A stretch of 64,000 bases of DNA from Candidatus Eiseniibacteriota bacterium (GTDB lineage: Bacteria > Eisenbacteria > RBG-16-71-46). This document shows, piece by piece, positions 1 through 9,507 of the stretch. A program made the translations under genes and the position numbers. Under the pieces are notes generated by a model. That model worked only from the letters and a program-made list of their open reading frames with translations, was not told the origin of the DNA and ran no database searches. The DNA is taken from contig OY970342.1 in assembly GCA_963717505.1 (NCBI GenBank), forward strand, positions 2,496,001 to 2,560,000, given 5' to 3'. Position 1 is the first letter of the stretch; the number at the start of each line of letters is the position of its first letter.

Positions 1-965
1 CCGGAGATCGCCGGGAACTTCCACTCGCGGATCTGCGACAACGCACACTGTGCGAGCCGCGAGGAGCCGACTGTGTTCTCGACGATGGTCGCTTCGGTTA
101 CGGCACCCGACGCGGACACGGTCAGTGCCACGACCAGCTTGCCTTTGAGCCCGGGGTCGCGCTTGAGCTCGTTGCCGTAGCAATACTGGATGCCGGCCGC
201 GTACCTCTGGATGATCGCCAGCAGCGACGCATTGCTCCGGTAGACTCCGGGCAGCGCGCCGGTGCCGCCACCGGTGCCACCCTCGGTGCCCGAGCCGCCC
301 TCGACACCGCCGCCGCCGGTTCCTCCCAACTCGCCGATCGAGATCCGCGACCCGGCGACCGTCGAGCCACCGAGGTCGACCAGCGCGCCGGTGCCGGCGA
401 CGTCCGTGGCGACCGCGCCGACTTCGGCGCCGGAACGTCCGGAACGCACGCCGCGCGAGCGGCGGCGTCCGGCCGGCGCCTGGGTCGCGGCCGTGGGCGA
501 CGAAGACGCCAGTGACGACGACAGGTTCTTGAGGCTCCGGTCGAGCGCCTCGGTCGATTTCTCGAGGCGTGTGGCGACCTCCTTCGTGGCGCGCGAGCGT
601 CCGACCTGGCCGGCATTGGGCGCCAGCGGCTTCGCCGGCTCGACTCTCCGAGCGCGCGGCGGTGGCGGCGCGGGCTTCGGCGTCTCGACCTGGGCAGGTG
701 CCTCCGGCGCGGAGGACTGCTCGATCGTCGCCTGCGCCGCAGGTCCGGGAGCGGCCGCCTTGGGCTTCTCGAGGATCAGGCGCGCGATGCGCGGTGGCAA
801 TTGTTCGACGGTCAGCACCGCCTGCGGGCGCGCCGGCCACAGAAAGACCGCGAGCAGGAACCCGAGTCCGATCGCCGACGAGACGATCAGACAGCGGTGG
901 AACAACGGGTCGTTGGGGCCGAACGGGGCCCGGCGGTACGCCTGTGCGGAGGCGATGACAGCCAT
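1..965 (-). CDS. TonB-like energy transducer with AgmX/PglI-type C-terminal domain (GltG-like), 3' end runs off the window
   Basis: Not in the ORF track; translated by hand from ATG 965 (RBS AGGAG): MAVIASAQ..., one TM helix (CLIVSSAIGLGFLLAVFLW), Pro/Ala-rich then Gly-rich linker, then RSNASLLAIIQRYAAGIQYCYGNELKRDPGLKGKLVVALTV...QCALSQIREWKFP, with the Cys pair typical of AgmX/PglI TonB_C-like domains. Confidence 0.8.
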   Translation of the reverse strand, partial: MAVIASAQAYRRAPFGPNDPLFHRCLIVSSAIGLGFLLAVFLWPARPQAVLTVEQLPPRIARLILEKPKAAAPGPAAQATIEQSSAPEAPAQVETPKPAPPPPRARRVEPAKPLAPNAGQVGRSRATKEVATRLEKSTEALDRSLKNLSSSLASSSPTAATQAPAGRRRSRGVRSGRSGAEVGAVATDVAGTGALVDLGGSTVAGSRISIGELGGTGGGGVEGGSGTEGGTGGGTGALPGVYRSNASLLAIIQRYAAGIQYCYGNELKRDPGLKGKLVVALTVSASGAVTEATIVENTVGSSRLAQCALSQIREWKFPAIS

Positions 966-974
966 GGTCGTCTC

Positions 975-1469
975 CTAGGTGTGCTTGATCACGGCGAGCG
1001 CGATGTCTTCGAATCCACTCTGCCCAAGCGTGTACATGACGCGCTGCAACACACGGAATTCGATGTCGCGATCGCCCTGGATGGTCACGGTGCGAGCCTG
1101 CGCCTCGGAGTCACCCTGGTGATGGGCAATATCGTCGAGTTGTTGCCACATGGCGTCGAGTCGGTCCGCCATGGGCTCGATCAACATGCCGTCGCTGCTC
1201 CCGACTTCGCTCACGCTGGCCACGCGCTCGCCGCCGACCAGGATGTCGTCGTCGTCGATCGCGACGACCAGCGACGACACCATGGCGTTTTCCGCAGTCG
1301 ACGCCGGCAGCTCGAGTCCCGGCGGAGGCACGGAGACCTCGCCGCCGGCCACGAACGCCTTGAGCACGAACAGCAAGAGCGTGGTCAGGATGTCCATCAT
1401 CGAAGTCATGCGCAGGCCGCCGGGGGCCGAACTTGGGTTTCGCCACTTTCTCTTGCGTTGCCGCCTCAC
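975..1469 (-). CDS. ExbD/TolR family protein (AglS-like)
   Basis: TM motif LRMTSMMDILTTLLLFVL with the conserved Asp; periplasmic IQGDRDIEFRVLQRVMYT; adjacent to an ExbB and a second ExbD. Confidence 0.9.
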   Translation of the reverse strand: MRRQRKRKWRNPSSAPGGLRMTSMMDILTTLLLFVLKAFVAGGEVSVPPPGLELPASTAENAMVSSLVVAIDDDDILVGGERVASVSEVGSSDGMLIEPMADRLDAMWQQLDDIAHHQGDSEAQARTVTIQGDRDIEFRVLQRVMYTLGQSGFEDIALAVIKHT

Positions 1470-1933
1470 GATGCCTCCTCGCCCTGAAGTCCTGCCTGGG
1501 ACAGGCCCGCCGCGCGCGCCAGGTCCATCACGGCGATGATGACTTCGTACCGGGTAGTTTCCTCGGCAACGATCTTCACGTCACGAACGTCCGGATGAGC
1601 GGCTACGAATGCATCGAGCGCCGCGCCAAGCTGGTTCCAGGCCGCGACTCCTGCCGGGCCGTCGCTGCCTCGGGGAATCACCTGGGCGGGCGCTCCGGTC
1701 GCTTGCACGACATAGGCCGCTTCGGTGATGCGCACCGTGACCACCACCGGTTCCTCGTTCGAGGTCGCCGCCGCATCGCCCGGCAGTCTCATGTCGATGA
1801 CCCGGATCTCCATGAACACCGCCGAGAGCAGCAGCATGGGGATCAGCACGATGAACAGGTTCATGAGCGGCAACAACTCGAGGTCCTCAGTGACCTTCTG
1901 CCGCCACGCTCGCTTTCTGCCGAACACCTTCAT
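1466..1933 (-). CDS. ExbD/TolR family protein (AglQ/V-like, Asn at the Asp position)
   Basis: Probable start MKVFGRK at 1933; DLELLPLMNLFIVLIPMLL TM; TRYEVIIAVMDLAR C-terminal motif; 4-bp overlap with the next gene. Confidence 0.88.
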   Translation of the reverse strand: MKVFGRKRAWRQKVTEDLELLPLMNLFIVLIPMLLLSAVFMEIRVIDMRLPGDAAATSNEEPVVVTVRITEAAYVVQATGAPAQVIPRGSDGPAGVAAWNQLGAALDAFVAAHPDVRDVKIVAEETTRYEVIIAVMDLARAAGLSQAGLQGEEAS

Positions 1934-1937
1934 GGAA

Positions 1938-2636
1938 CTAGCGGCTCCCCTGGACGACGCGACCTTGGCCTCCCGACATCGGCACGACCTGCGCCGCGCC
2001 GCGCGCAACCGCCGACATCGCGATCGCACGACTCAGCCGGATGCTCATGTCGTCCACCTGGTCGGCGATGCCCTCGACCATCGAAGACAGCCAGCCGTGG
2101 AGCAGCAGCGTCGGCACTGCGACCAGAAGTCCGAAGGCCGTGGTGTTGAGTGCTTGCGAGATGCCGACCGCCAGGAACGCCGAGCGCTGCGCCGGATCGG
2201 CGGCGCTCACCGACGAAAACGCGATCATGAGCCCGAAGATCGTCCCGAGCAGACCGAGCAGCGTGGCGACATTGGCCAGCATGTTGAGATGGGCGAGACG
2301 CTTGGACAGCGGCGGCAGCACCAGGGTGGCAGCATCGTCGGCTGCGGACTGGAGACGCGCCTCGTCGCCGGGGCCGGCCATCAGGATCGCCTGCGCGACC
2401 CGAGCGACCGGCGTCTTGGACAAGAGGCTCAGGTTCCGGGCTCCCGCCAGGTCGCCTCGCCCCACGGCGGACACCAGGTCGTCGGTCAACTTCCTGCTGT
2501 TCACCGCGCCCGCCCCGAGGATCACGATCGTCCGTTCAGCGACGATCGCGATGATGGCGACCCCTGCGGCCAGGATGAGGTGCATGAACTCGCCACCTTC
2601 CTTGTAGAAGGAGGCGACGGAAGAGAAGTCGATCAT
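1938..2636 (-). CDS. MotA/TolQ/ExbB proton channel protein (AglR-like)
   Basis: Start MIDFSS at 2636; ANVATLLGLLGTIFGLMIAF and GISQALNTTAFGLLVAVP are MotA/ExbB signatures. Confidence 0.93.
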   Translation of the reverse strand: MIDFSSVASFYKEGGEFMHLILAAGVAIIAIVAERTIVILGAGAVNSRKLTDDLVSAVGRGDLAGARNLSLLSKTPVARVAQAILMAGPGDEARLQSAADDAATLVLPPLSKRLAHLNMLANVATLLGLLGTIFGLMIAFSSVSAADPAQRSAFLAVGISQALNTTAFGLLVAVPTLLLHGWLSSMVEGIADQVDDMSIRLSRAIAMSAVARGAAQVVPMSGGQGRVVQGSR

Positions 2637-2932
2637 GGTTGAATCTCCTTTTGTTCTCCCACGGGCCCGGCAAGCACGGTGCTCCAAACCGGGAGCGCCG
2701 TGGCCTGGCCGAGCTCGAGGCTCGTCCTGAGGTAGCGTCGATGATGGAAATCCATGAAACGCCGCTGATCGCGGGTGGTGATGAACAACACCTGGGGCAC
2801 CGGAATCTCGCCTTCGATGTACACGTCCTCGAGACGCCGGGGTGCTCCGCTCTTCGTCTCTGCGCTCGAAACACCCGCGAGACACAAGGTCAGCAGGCCG
2901 GCGAGCGCGCCGGCAAGAATCGATCGGTTCAC
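2633..2932 (-). CDS. Small secreted protein, GltF/CglF-like
   Basis: Signal peptide; LEDVYIEGEIPVPQVLFI resembles the GltF-type 'I.GE...P...I' motif; position between the TPR gene and MotA matches glt-core synteny. Confidence 0.6.
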   Translation of the reverse strand: MNRSILAGALAGLLTLCLAGVSSAETKSGAPRRLEDVYIEGEIPVPQVLFITTRDQRRFMDFHHRRYLRTSLELGQATALPVWSTVLAGPVGEQKEIQP

Positions 2933-3867
2933 TTTTCCTCCCGCTTGCCGGCCAGGTCCTTGGCACTGCCGCTCATCACGCCCGCGATTCCGTCGGGGTC
3001 ATCGTGCGAGCGCTCCCAGTAACGCGCGAACCAGCGCGTCGCGGCCTCGTCGTCGAGCATGTAGAACTTTTCCAGGATCGCGAGGTTGTAGTAGGGACCG
3101 GGGAGTGTCGGCTCGAGGTCGATTGCCTTGAGGAATGCGCGCCGCGCCGATTCCGGGTCGCCGGCCCGCAGCCGGGTGATGCCGAAGTTGTTCTGGTTGG
3201 CGGCACTCTTCGAGTCCTCGGCGACGACGCGAGCCGCGAGCTCGCCGGCGCCATCCGGCTGATCGCCGCGCAGCGTCAGGTAGACGTACGCCGGGCCGCC
3301 CTCGCGCGGATCGGGGCGGGTCATCTCGGTCAGCACCTGCTGGGCCAGGTCGTGGCGGTCGAGCGCGTCATAGTGGAGCGCGAGTCCCGCCAGCAGCGCC
3401 TGCGGCACGCCGTTGGGGAAGGCCTTCGGTCGCTGGCGCGCGGCCTCGAGCATCTGGATCGCCTCCTGGTGGCGACGGGTCTCGAAGTAGAGGCGCGACA
3501 GGAGTGACAGAGCCGGCGCGTAGTTCGGGTCACGCGCCAGCGACGCCTTGAGCTCGACTTCGGCGCGCGCGGTCGAATCGGCGCCGGCGTAGAGCTGGGC
3601 GATCCGGAACGGCCAGTACGGCTCACCGGGCGCCAGGGCCGACTGCGTGCGCGCCTCGGACACCTCGCGATCGAGGGTCGATCCTTCGACCTTGGGCAGA
3701 GCCGCCGAGGGTCGCGAGGTCAGCGGCTGCCAGCCGAAGACCTTGAGTCCGCAACCGGCGAGCGCCGGCGCCAACGCCAGGAGCGCGACCAGGGCAGCCC
3801 ACGAACCCTGCGCCGCCCGTACCGGCGTGGTGCGCTGCGAGGGCGCGGCGAGTCGGTTCGAGGTCAT
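2929..3867 (-). CDS. TPR lipoprotein (GltE/AglT-like)
   Basis: Start MTSNRL at 3867; lipobox LAGC; TPR motifs (ANQNNFGI, ARRAFLKAIDLEP, PYYNLAIL). Confidence 0.8.
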   Translation of the reverse strand: MTSNRLAAPSQRTTPVRAAQGSWAALVALLALAPALAGCGLKVFGWQPLTSRPSAALPKVEGSTLDREVSEARTQSALAPGEPYWPFRIAQLYAGADSTARAEVELKASLARDPNYAPALSLLSRLYFETRRHQEAIQMLEAARQRPKAFPNGVPQALLAGLALHYDALDRHDLAQQVLTEMTRPDPREGGPAYVYLTLRGDQPDGAGELAARVVAEDSKSAANQNNFGITRLRAGDPESARRAFLKAIDLEPTLPGPYYNLAILEKFYMLDDEAATRWFARYWERSHDDPDGIAGVMSGSAKDLAGKREEK

Positions 3868-6800
3868 TTCGGGCTCCGTTGACGTTCGGCCGGCGTGGCG
3901 GCGGCGAGCGGGTGCTCCGCCTCCGGCATGTAGAAGAAGCGACGGGCCAGTCGCTGCCAGAGGGATTCGCGCGCTTTGGCGACCCATTCGCTGGCGGCCG
4001 TCTCGTCGCGCTGTGCGCGCAGCAGGTCCGTCCATACCTGCTCGCCGCGGGCGTGGAATGCGTCGGCCTGGCCGAGCAGCACGTCCTCGTAAGCGATCAG
4101 GTCATCCCCGGTTAGATCGGCAGGACGCTCGCTCTTCTCCAGCGCCTCGCCGAAACCGATCAGCGCTTCGCCAATGCGAAATGCCGAGGCTTGCGCCCAT
4201 TTCGCAACACCGACCTCGGCGCTGCGTCCGTAGGCGGCGATCAGGCTGTCCAGCAACCGCTGGCGGACCGTGATCGACTTGTCGAGCGGCTGGGTCAGAC
4301 GCGCACCCACGTAGGCGCGGCGTGCCTCATCACCCTGGAGGAAGCGTACCTCGGCGATCAGGTCCTTCGACGCCAGGTCGGGTCGCAGGCCCGCGCGCCG
4401 GAGGTACTCGGCCAGGTGCGATGCCGGACGCGTGGTATCCGGGGCCGCGGGTTTCGTCTTAGCTTTCTTCTTCGCCGGCGGCGCCGGTTTCGGCAGCAGG
4501 CTCGAGATCGGCTTATCGGTTCCCAGTGCGGCCACCTCACGACGCGCAAGCTTCTCGTAGATCTCCATCGCCATCTCGACGTCTTCCGGGTGGAGCCGGA
4601 TGTAGGCGATCCGGGTCGCGTCCGCGCGCCCGGTCAGCCCGGCGGCCTCGAGCAAATCGGCTGACTTGAGCAGGGCTTCGCCGGCGCTCTCGTCGTCGGG
4701 GTGACTGGCGGCGAACGCAGCCCAGGCTTCGGCGGCCCGCTCGCGCTCGCCCGATTTCTCCCAGGCGTGTGCGATCTGGAGCCGCGCGTCACGGACGTAT
4801 TCGCTTCTCGGGAAGTCGCGGATCAGCTCCTCGAGCGCCTGGATGCCCGCGGCGCGCGATCCGGCGGCCAACCACGCCAGTCCGGCGCGATACTTGGCCA
4901 CGTGGGCGTGTTCGTAGTTCGGCCAGCGCACGGCGACCCGCTCGAACAGCGCCGCATGCTTCTCGTGTGCGGTCGAGTCCTTGGCGACGGCCGCGTCGGC
5001 GTGCCGGAAGTAGCAAACCGGAATCGCCGCAGACGCGTAACGCGCCAACGAGTCCACGCCAGCGCGTTGCGCGGTAGCCAGCGCGCGTTCATACGCCGCG
5101 CCGGCATCCTCGAAACGCTCGAGGCGAAAGAACGCGTCGGCGCGCAGCCGGGCCGCGATCGGCAGTCGCTTGTCGCTCGAGTCGCGGAGCGCCATTCGGC
5201 CGAAGTCCTCGGCCGCGCGCTCGAACCAGCCATGGGCGAAGGCGAGATTGCCCTGGCGCCAGCGGACGTCGGCCGCCTGCGCGTGCTCGGGGTAGCGCGC
5301 GAGCAACGCGTCGCCGGCCTCGAGCACCGCGCGCGCCAGCGAGTCGTTCCGGGTGGTGTCGCCCGTGGCGCGCGTTCGGCTGTACCAGGAATCGGTCACT
5401 GCCAGTCGCTGCCACAAGGCGAGTGCCACGATGCTGTCGACCCCCGAAGCCGCGGCCGCCTGGTAGTGGACCAGGGCTTCGGCGGGATCGCCCAGCTCGG
5501 CGGCGGCTTCGGCGGCGAACAGGCGCAGCGACGGAGCTTCGGCGTCGTCCGGCCATGCGCGCAGCACGTGCTCGTAGAGTCGACGCGATTCACGCCAGTC
5601 ACTTTCGACATCCTTCTCGCGCGCCAGGCGGTGATGATGCTTGGCGACCGCGAGCATCGAGGTGCGCGCGAACGTGGCGCCCGCAACGCGGACCGAGTCG
5701 GACGTCTGGGCCTCGTACCACTTGCCGCCGGGCGCGAAACCGGCCGCGTGCTCGAGCTGGGCGCGACGGGCGTCGTCCGGACGCTCCGCGCGCCGTTGGG
5801 TCTCGATCATGCGTTCGGCCGCGAGGAGTGCGCCCGGATCCAGCGGGTGGCGCTCGAGCACCAACTGGTCCACGGCCGCCGCCTCGGCGAACATGCTGTA
5901 GCGGCGGAAGTGCTGGCCGAGGGCCAGCAGCAGTCGCAGGTCGTAGGGCCGCCGGCCGACGCGATCGAAGTAGGCGGTGAAGGCTTCGGCGCCGCCGGCC
6001 CGCGACAGGGCGTGCATCAGGTAGGTCTCGGCCTCGTCTTCGACGTCGGCCTGGATCGCGGCGCGTCCGGCCGAGGCGTACAGGTCGAGCACGACGCGGA
6101 ACGCGTCCACGGCCTCGAGGAAGCGGTCTTCGTTGAAGTACGCCCAGCCCTGTTTGAAGCGCGCGATGGCGGTCAGACTCGTGTCCGGACCGGCGGCCGC
6201 GTGCTCGTAGAGATCGACGCAGGCCGAGAAGTGTTTCTCGGAGAATTCCAGGTCGCCCATGCGCAGCCACGACTCCTGAACGTAGGGGGATTCGGGGTGC
6301 GTGGTCACCAGTGTGCGGAACAGGGTCGCTGCTTCAGGGTCGGCGCCGTCGGCCAGGATCATGCCGGCGTTGAACAAGACGGCGTCGCGGCGTTCGAAGT
6401 CGGCGTCCTCAGCCAGGATTTTCCGATAGAGCGCGAGCGCCGGGTCGTAGGTCAGCACCGGCAGGGTCGAAGCCGCCTGACCTGCCTCCTGATCGCGCAG
6501 GTAGGCCTCCATCTGCTGGCGGAAGCGATGGCGGGCCGCGACCAGCAGCAGATCGGCGAGATGGAAGCGCATCTCACCGCGCGCGGGCGACGCCGGGTGG
6601 CGTTCCAGGAACGCAGTCATATGGGCGATCGACGCGCTACGCCAGGCTTCGGCGTGCGGATCGTCCAGGGTGTCGGCGGGAGCCGCGGCCGCGAGCGAAT
6701 CCGACGCCGACAGCCCCACGCTCTGCGCATACGATGAAGCGGCCAGACCGTAGTCGATGCCCTCGCGCTCGGCATCGAGGTCGGCGAGCGTGCGCTCGAT

Positions 6801-8594
6801 CGCGGCGCGTGCCACGCGCGCGCGCAGGGTCTGATGCCCGGCGCGCAGCGAGTCGACGGCGCGAGCCAGTCCCGCCGCCCGCGACTCGAGTGCGGCAAGC
6901 TCGGCGCTGGTGGCAAACGCCTTACGGCTCGAGTCCATGGCGGCAGCCAGCGACCGAGTCCAGATGCGCAGGGCGCGCGCTTCGGCATCGAGCGCCTGAG
7001 CCCGCCCGACCAGGTCGGGACGCCAGGATTCGGCGTACGAGCGGGCGATCAGTCCCGGCACCTCGGCCGCGATCCGTGCTGCGGTCTCGAGAATCAGCGT
7101 GGTCAGCAGGTCCTCCTGGCCGAGGAGGTCGCGCTCGGCGGGCAGGCCCGGAGGTGGCGGCGACCGACGCCCGACCCACGGCCCTTCGAGGTGGAAGTGG
7201 CGCATGGCATGCATCCACGTCAGACTCAGGCGTCCCGACTCGATGATCGCACGGGTGCGCGACAGCATCCGGCTCGTCGCCGTGTCGCGCACGGACTGGA
7301 GCAGCGAGTCCAGAATGTCGAGATGCCGGCGCAGCGAGTCGAGCAACGCCGCGTGCGCGTCCAGCTCCGCGGCTTCGCGTGCCGCGCGGTCGAGGCCGAC
7401 GGTCAGGTACCGGCGATGCGCCGCCAACCGCTGGCGCTCGCGCTCGGCATCGAGCTGGGTGCGCGCCAGGTGGTATTGGTGCTCGTCGAGCACCTGCGCC
7501 GAGGTCGCGACCGCGAGCCAATCGGACCGTGGCGGGGGCAGCACCGGCCACATGGGTGCCGGGGCGGGAGGTGCGATCTCGAACACCGGGGCCGGAAGCT
7601 CCGGCTCGCTCAGCAGGTCGGCGGTGGCCGACGCCATCAGTTCCGCGAGCTTGGCGGTCGCTTCGGCGTCGAGCACGATGCCTTCGGACAGGCCGGGATT
7701 CGTGGCCCACGAGGTCCACAGCGACTCGTAGTCCGCAGTGGCCACGAGTCCCTTCAACGTGTCCCGGTGCTGGACCCAGTCCGTGTCGATCTTCCGGTAG
7801 ACGTCGTACGCTTCGTTCCATCGACCGCGATCGAGCGCGCGCCCGGCCAGAGCGAGGTGCACCTCCCGACGCGACGCGTAGCCCGGATCCGCGACCAGCA
7901 GCGACTCGAGCACGGCCGCACCCTGGTCGATCAGGCCACGCTCCATGAGCGACACGCCGAGCATGTGGCGTGCGCGCGCGGCGTAGCGACTGCCGGCCGG
8001 CACCGACTCGAGTAGCGAGGAAGCGTCCGCGCCGCGCGCCAATGCCGCCGTGGCTCGCCGCATCGCCTCGGCGCCGGCGAGGTCGCGCCCGAGGCGGGTC
8101 TCCGGATCCGGCGCCGGCAGGTCCGACACCCAGGTCGAGTCGCCGGCGGCCGCCGCGGCCAGGTGCTCCTGATGCCGCAGCCAATCGGTGTAGCGACTGC
8201 GTGGGCTCCAGCGGGCAACGACGCGCGCGAGACCCAGGAAATGGTCGCGGCTCCCCAGCGCCAGGTAGGCGTGGCCCAGGAGGAACGCGGCGCGGTCGGC
8301 CTTGGGGAAGGCGGGCGTCGTGAAATCCAGCGGCTCGAGCTGCGCGATCACGCCGTGGTAGTTGCCGAGTCGCTGCTCCATGGCCGCACGCGCCAGTCTC
8401 AGCGCGCCGTCGTCGGGTGCCTCGGCGGACGGCGTGACTTGCGACGGCTGCAGCACACGCTCGCTGGTGTCCTGGGGAGTGGACGACGCCGCGGCCGCGC
8501 GCGGTATCCCCGCAACGGCTAAGCCGGCCGCCACCAGCATCGTGACGGCGAGGATCGGGGCCATGAGGCCCCGGTGGCGGAACGTTCGGCGCAC
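3864..8594 (-). CDS. Very large secreted TPR protein (GltD/AgmU-like C-terminal half)
   Basis: 1576-aa ORF with signal peptide, coiled-coil region and many TPRs; C-terminal LTQPLDKSI...ASAFRIGE...SERPADL...YEDVL...WVAKARESL motif typical of GltD-like proteins. Confidence 0.8.
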   Translation of the reverse strand: MRRTFRHRGLMAPILAVTMLVAAGLAVAGIPRAAAASSTPQDTSERVLQPSQVTPSAEAPDDGALRLARAAMEQRLGNYHGVIAQLEPLDFTTPAFPKADRAAFLLGHAYLALGSRDHFLGLARVVARWSPRSRYTDWLRHQEHLAAAAAGDSTWVSDLPAPDPETRLGRDLAGAEAMRRATAALARGADASSLLESVPAGSRYAARARHMLGVSLMERGLIDQGAAVLESLLVADPGYASRREVHLALAGRALDRGRWNEAYDVYRKIDTDWVQHRDTLKGLVATADYESLWTSWATNPGLSEGIVLDAEATAKLAELMASATADLLSEPELPAPVFEIAPPAPAPMWPVLPPPRSDWLAVATSAQVLDEHQYHLARTQLDAERERQRLAAHRRYLTVGLDRAAREAAELDAHAALLDSLRRHLDILDSLLQSVRDTATSRMLSRTRAIIESGRLSLTWMHAMRHFHLEGPWVGRRSPPPPGLPAERDLLGQEDLLTTLILETAARIAAEVPGLIARSYAESWRPDLVGRAQALDAEARALRIWTRSLAAAMDSSRKAFATSAELAALESRAAGLARAVDSLRAGHQTLRARVARAAIERTLADLDAEREGIDYGLAASSYAQSVGLSASDSLAAAAPADTLDDPHAEAWRSASIAHMTAFLERHPASPARGEMRFHLADLLLVAARHRFRQQMEAYLRDQEAGQAASTLPVLTYDPALALYRKILAEDADFERRDAVLFNAGMILADGADPEAATLFRTLVTTHPESPYVQESWLRMGDLEFSEKHFSACVDLYEHAAAGPDTSLTAIARFKQGWAYFNEDRFLEAVDAFRVVLDLYASAGRAAIQADVEDEAETYLMHALSRAGGAEAFTAYFDRVGRRPYDLRLLLALGQHFRRYSMFAEAAAVDQLVLERHPLDPGALLAAERMIETQRRAERPDDARRAQLEHAAGFAPGGKWYEAQTSDSVRVAGATFARTSMLAVAKHHHRLAREKDVESDWRESRRLYEHVLRAWPDDAEAPSLRLFAAEAAAELGDPAEALVHYQAAAASGVDSIVALALWQRLAVTDSWYSRTRATGDTTRNDSLARAVLEAGDALLARYPEHAQAADVRWRQGNLAFAHGWFERAAEDFGRMALRDSSDKRLPIAARLRADAFFRLERFEDAGAAYERALATAQRAGVDSLARYASAAIPVCYFRHADAAVAKDSTAHEKHAALFERVAVRWPNYEHAHVAKYRAGLAWLAAGSRAAGIQALEELIRDFPRSEYVRDARLQIAHAWEKSGERERAAEAWAAFAASHPDDESAGEALLKSADLLEAAGLTGRADATRIAYIRLHPEDVEMAMEIYEKLARREVAALGTDKPISSLLPKPAPPAKKKAKTKPAAPDTTRPASHLAEYLRRAGLRPDLASKDLIAEVRFLQGDEARRAYVGARLTQPLDKSITVRQRLLDSLIAAYGRSAEVGVAKWAQASAFRIGEALIGFGEALEKSERPADLTGDDLIAYEDVLLGQADAFHARGEQVWTDLLRAQRDETAASEWVAKARESLWQRLARRFFYMPEAEHPLAAATPAERQRSPK

Positions 8595-8604
8595 GCTTTC
8601 GCCG

Positions 8605-9507
8605 TCACCCGTCGACGGCAGGAACGCGCGTGTCGTGGAGCCAGGTGCTCGCCGACATGCCGCTCGACCCGTGCACGCCGGTCAGATTCAGCCGGAGGAA
8701 GGTGATTCGATCACGCGCCGGCTCGAGCGTGACGAAGCCGCGATCGGCTTCGGGGCGACCCTGGCCGGTGACGGCGATCTCGATCACCTGCTCGCGCGGC
8801 TCGACGAACGCATGGAACACCTGGATGACGCCGCCGCGGCGCAACGATGCCTGGTGCTCGGGCGTCAGTGGCACCTGAACCTGGGCGCCGTCCTCGAGGG
8901 TCACCGTGATCTCGGTCAGCGCGCCCTCGGCCGGATGGCCACCGACCACCACCACCAGTGCCGTGCGCTGGTCGCCGGTGAAGTCCTCCTGGAGCATTCC
9001 GAGTCGCACGCGCTGGGCGGCCAACGCGCGTTCGATCTGGTCGAGTTGGGCTTCGAGGCTTCCGAGCATGGTCACGCTCGCCATCAGCTCCAGCCGCTGG
9101 CGTTCGGATTCGGCGGTGTTCACCGAGTCGGTGCCCGCCAGGACGGCGGCGAGCATCTCCTGGTAGGCCAGGTAACGGGGATCGATCTCGGCCGCCGTCT
9201 CGACGTGTTCCCCGGGCTTCTCGCGCAGCAGGTCGAAGCGTGCGCGAATGAAGCCCCGGTTCTCCTTGAGGAATCGCAGGGTCGGGTGCTTCTCGCGCTT
9301 GGGCTTGATCCGCTCGATGCGCACCTCGGCGGCGTCCATCGGTCGGAGGGGCTGCGAATCCGGGGCCGGATCCGAGAGCGCAGGCGGTACCGCCGCATCG
9401 CTCGGGGGCGCGTTCGAAGCCGGCGTCGACTCAGCGGCGGCCGACGCGGCGATCAGGGTGCATGCGGCGAGCGCCAGGGCGTGCCGGTGAAATCTCGGTC
9501 GTCGCAT
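8605..9507 (-). CDS. Secreted coiled-coil protein conserved in glt-like clusters (function unknown)
   Basis: Start MRRPRF at 9507; signal peptide, coiled coil, then ASLRRGGVIQVFHAFVEPREQVIEIAVTG, resembling a family recalled from glt-like TPR/MotA clusters. Confidence 0.6.
   Translation of the reverse strand: MRRPRFHRHALALAACTLIAASAAAESTPASNAPPSDAAVPPALSDPAPDSQPLRPMDAAEVRIERIKPKREKHPTLRFLKENRGFIRARFDLLREKPGEHVETAAEIDPRYLAYQEMLAAVLAGTDSVNTAESERQRLELMASVTMLGSLEAQLDQIERALAAQRVRLGMLQEDFTGDQRTALVVVVGGHPAEGALTEITVTLEDGAQVQVPLTPEHQASLRRGGVIQVFHAFVEPREQVIEIAVTGQGRPEADRGFVTLEPARDRITFLRLNLTGVHGSSGMSASTWLHDTRVPAVDG

Noticed and set aside
270-330. GCC-rich low-complexity repeat
   Set aside because: It encodes the Gly-rich linker of the TonB-like protein.
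4701-8015. Long plus-strand ORFs (678 aa, 393 aa) and many similar antisense ORFs across the window
   Set aside because: Shadow frames of high-GC genes on the opposite strand; Arg/Gly-rich and without motifs.
1-8594. Calling the cluster a gliding-motility apparatus
   Set aside because: Only the core motor homologues are visible and the cytoplasmic platform genes are absent, so the function cannot be assigned from this window.
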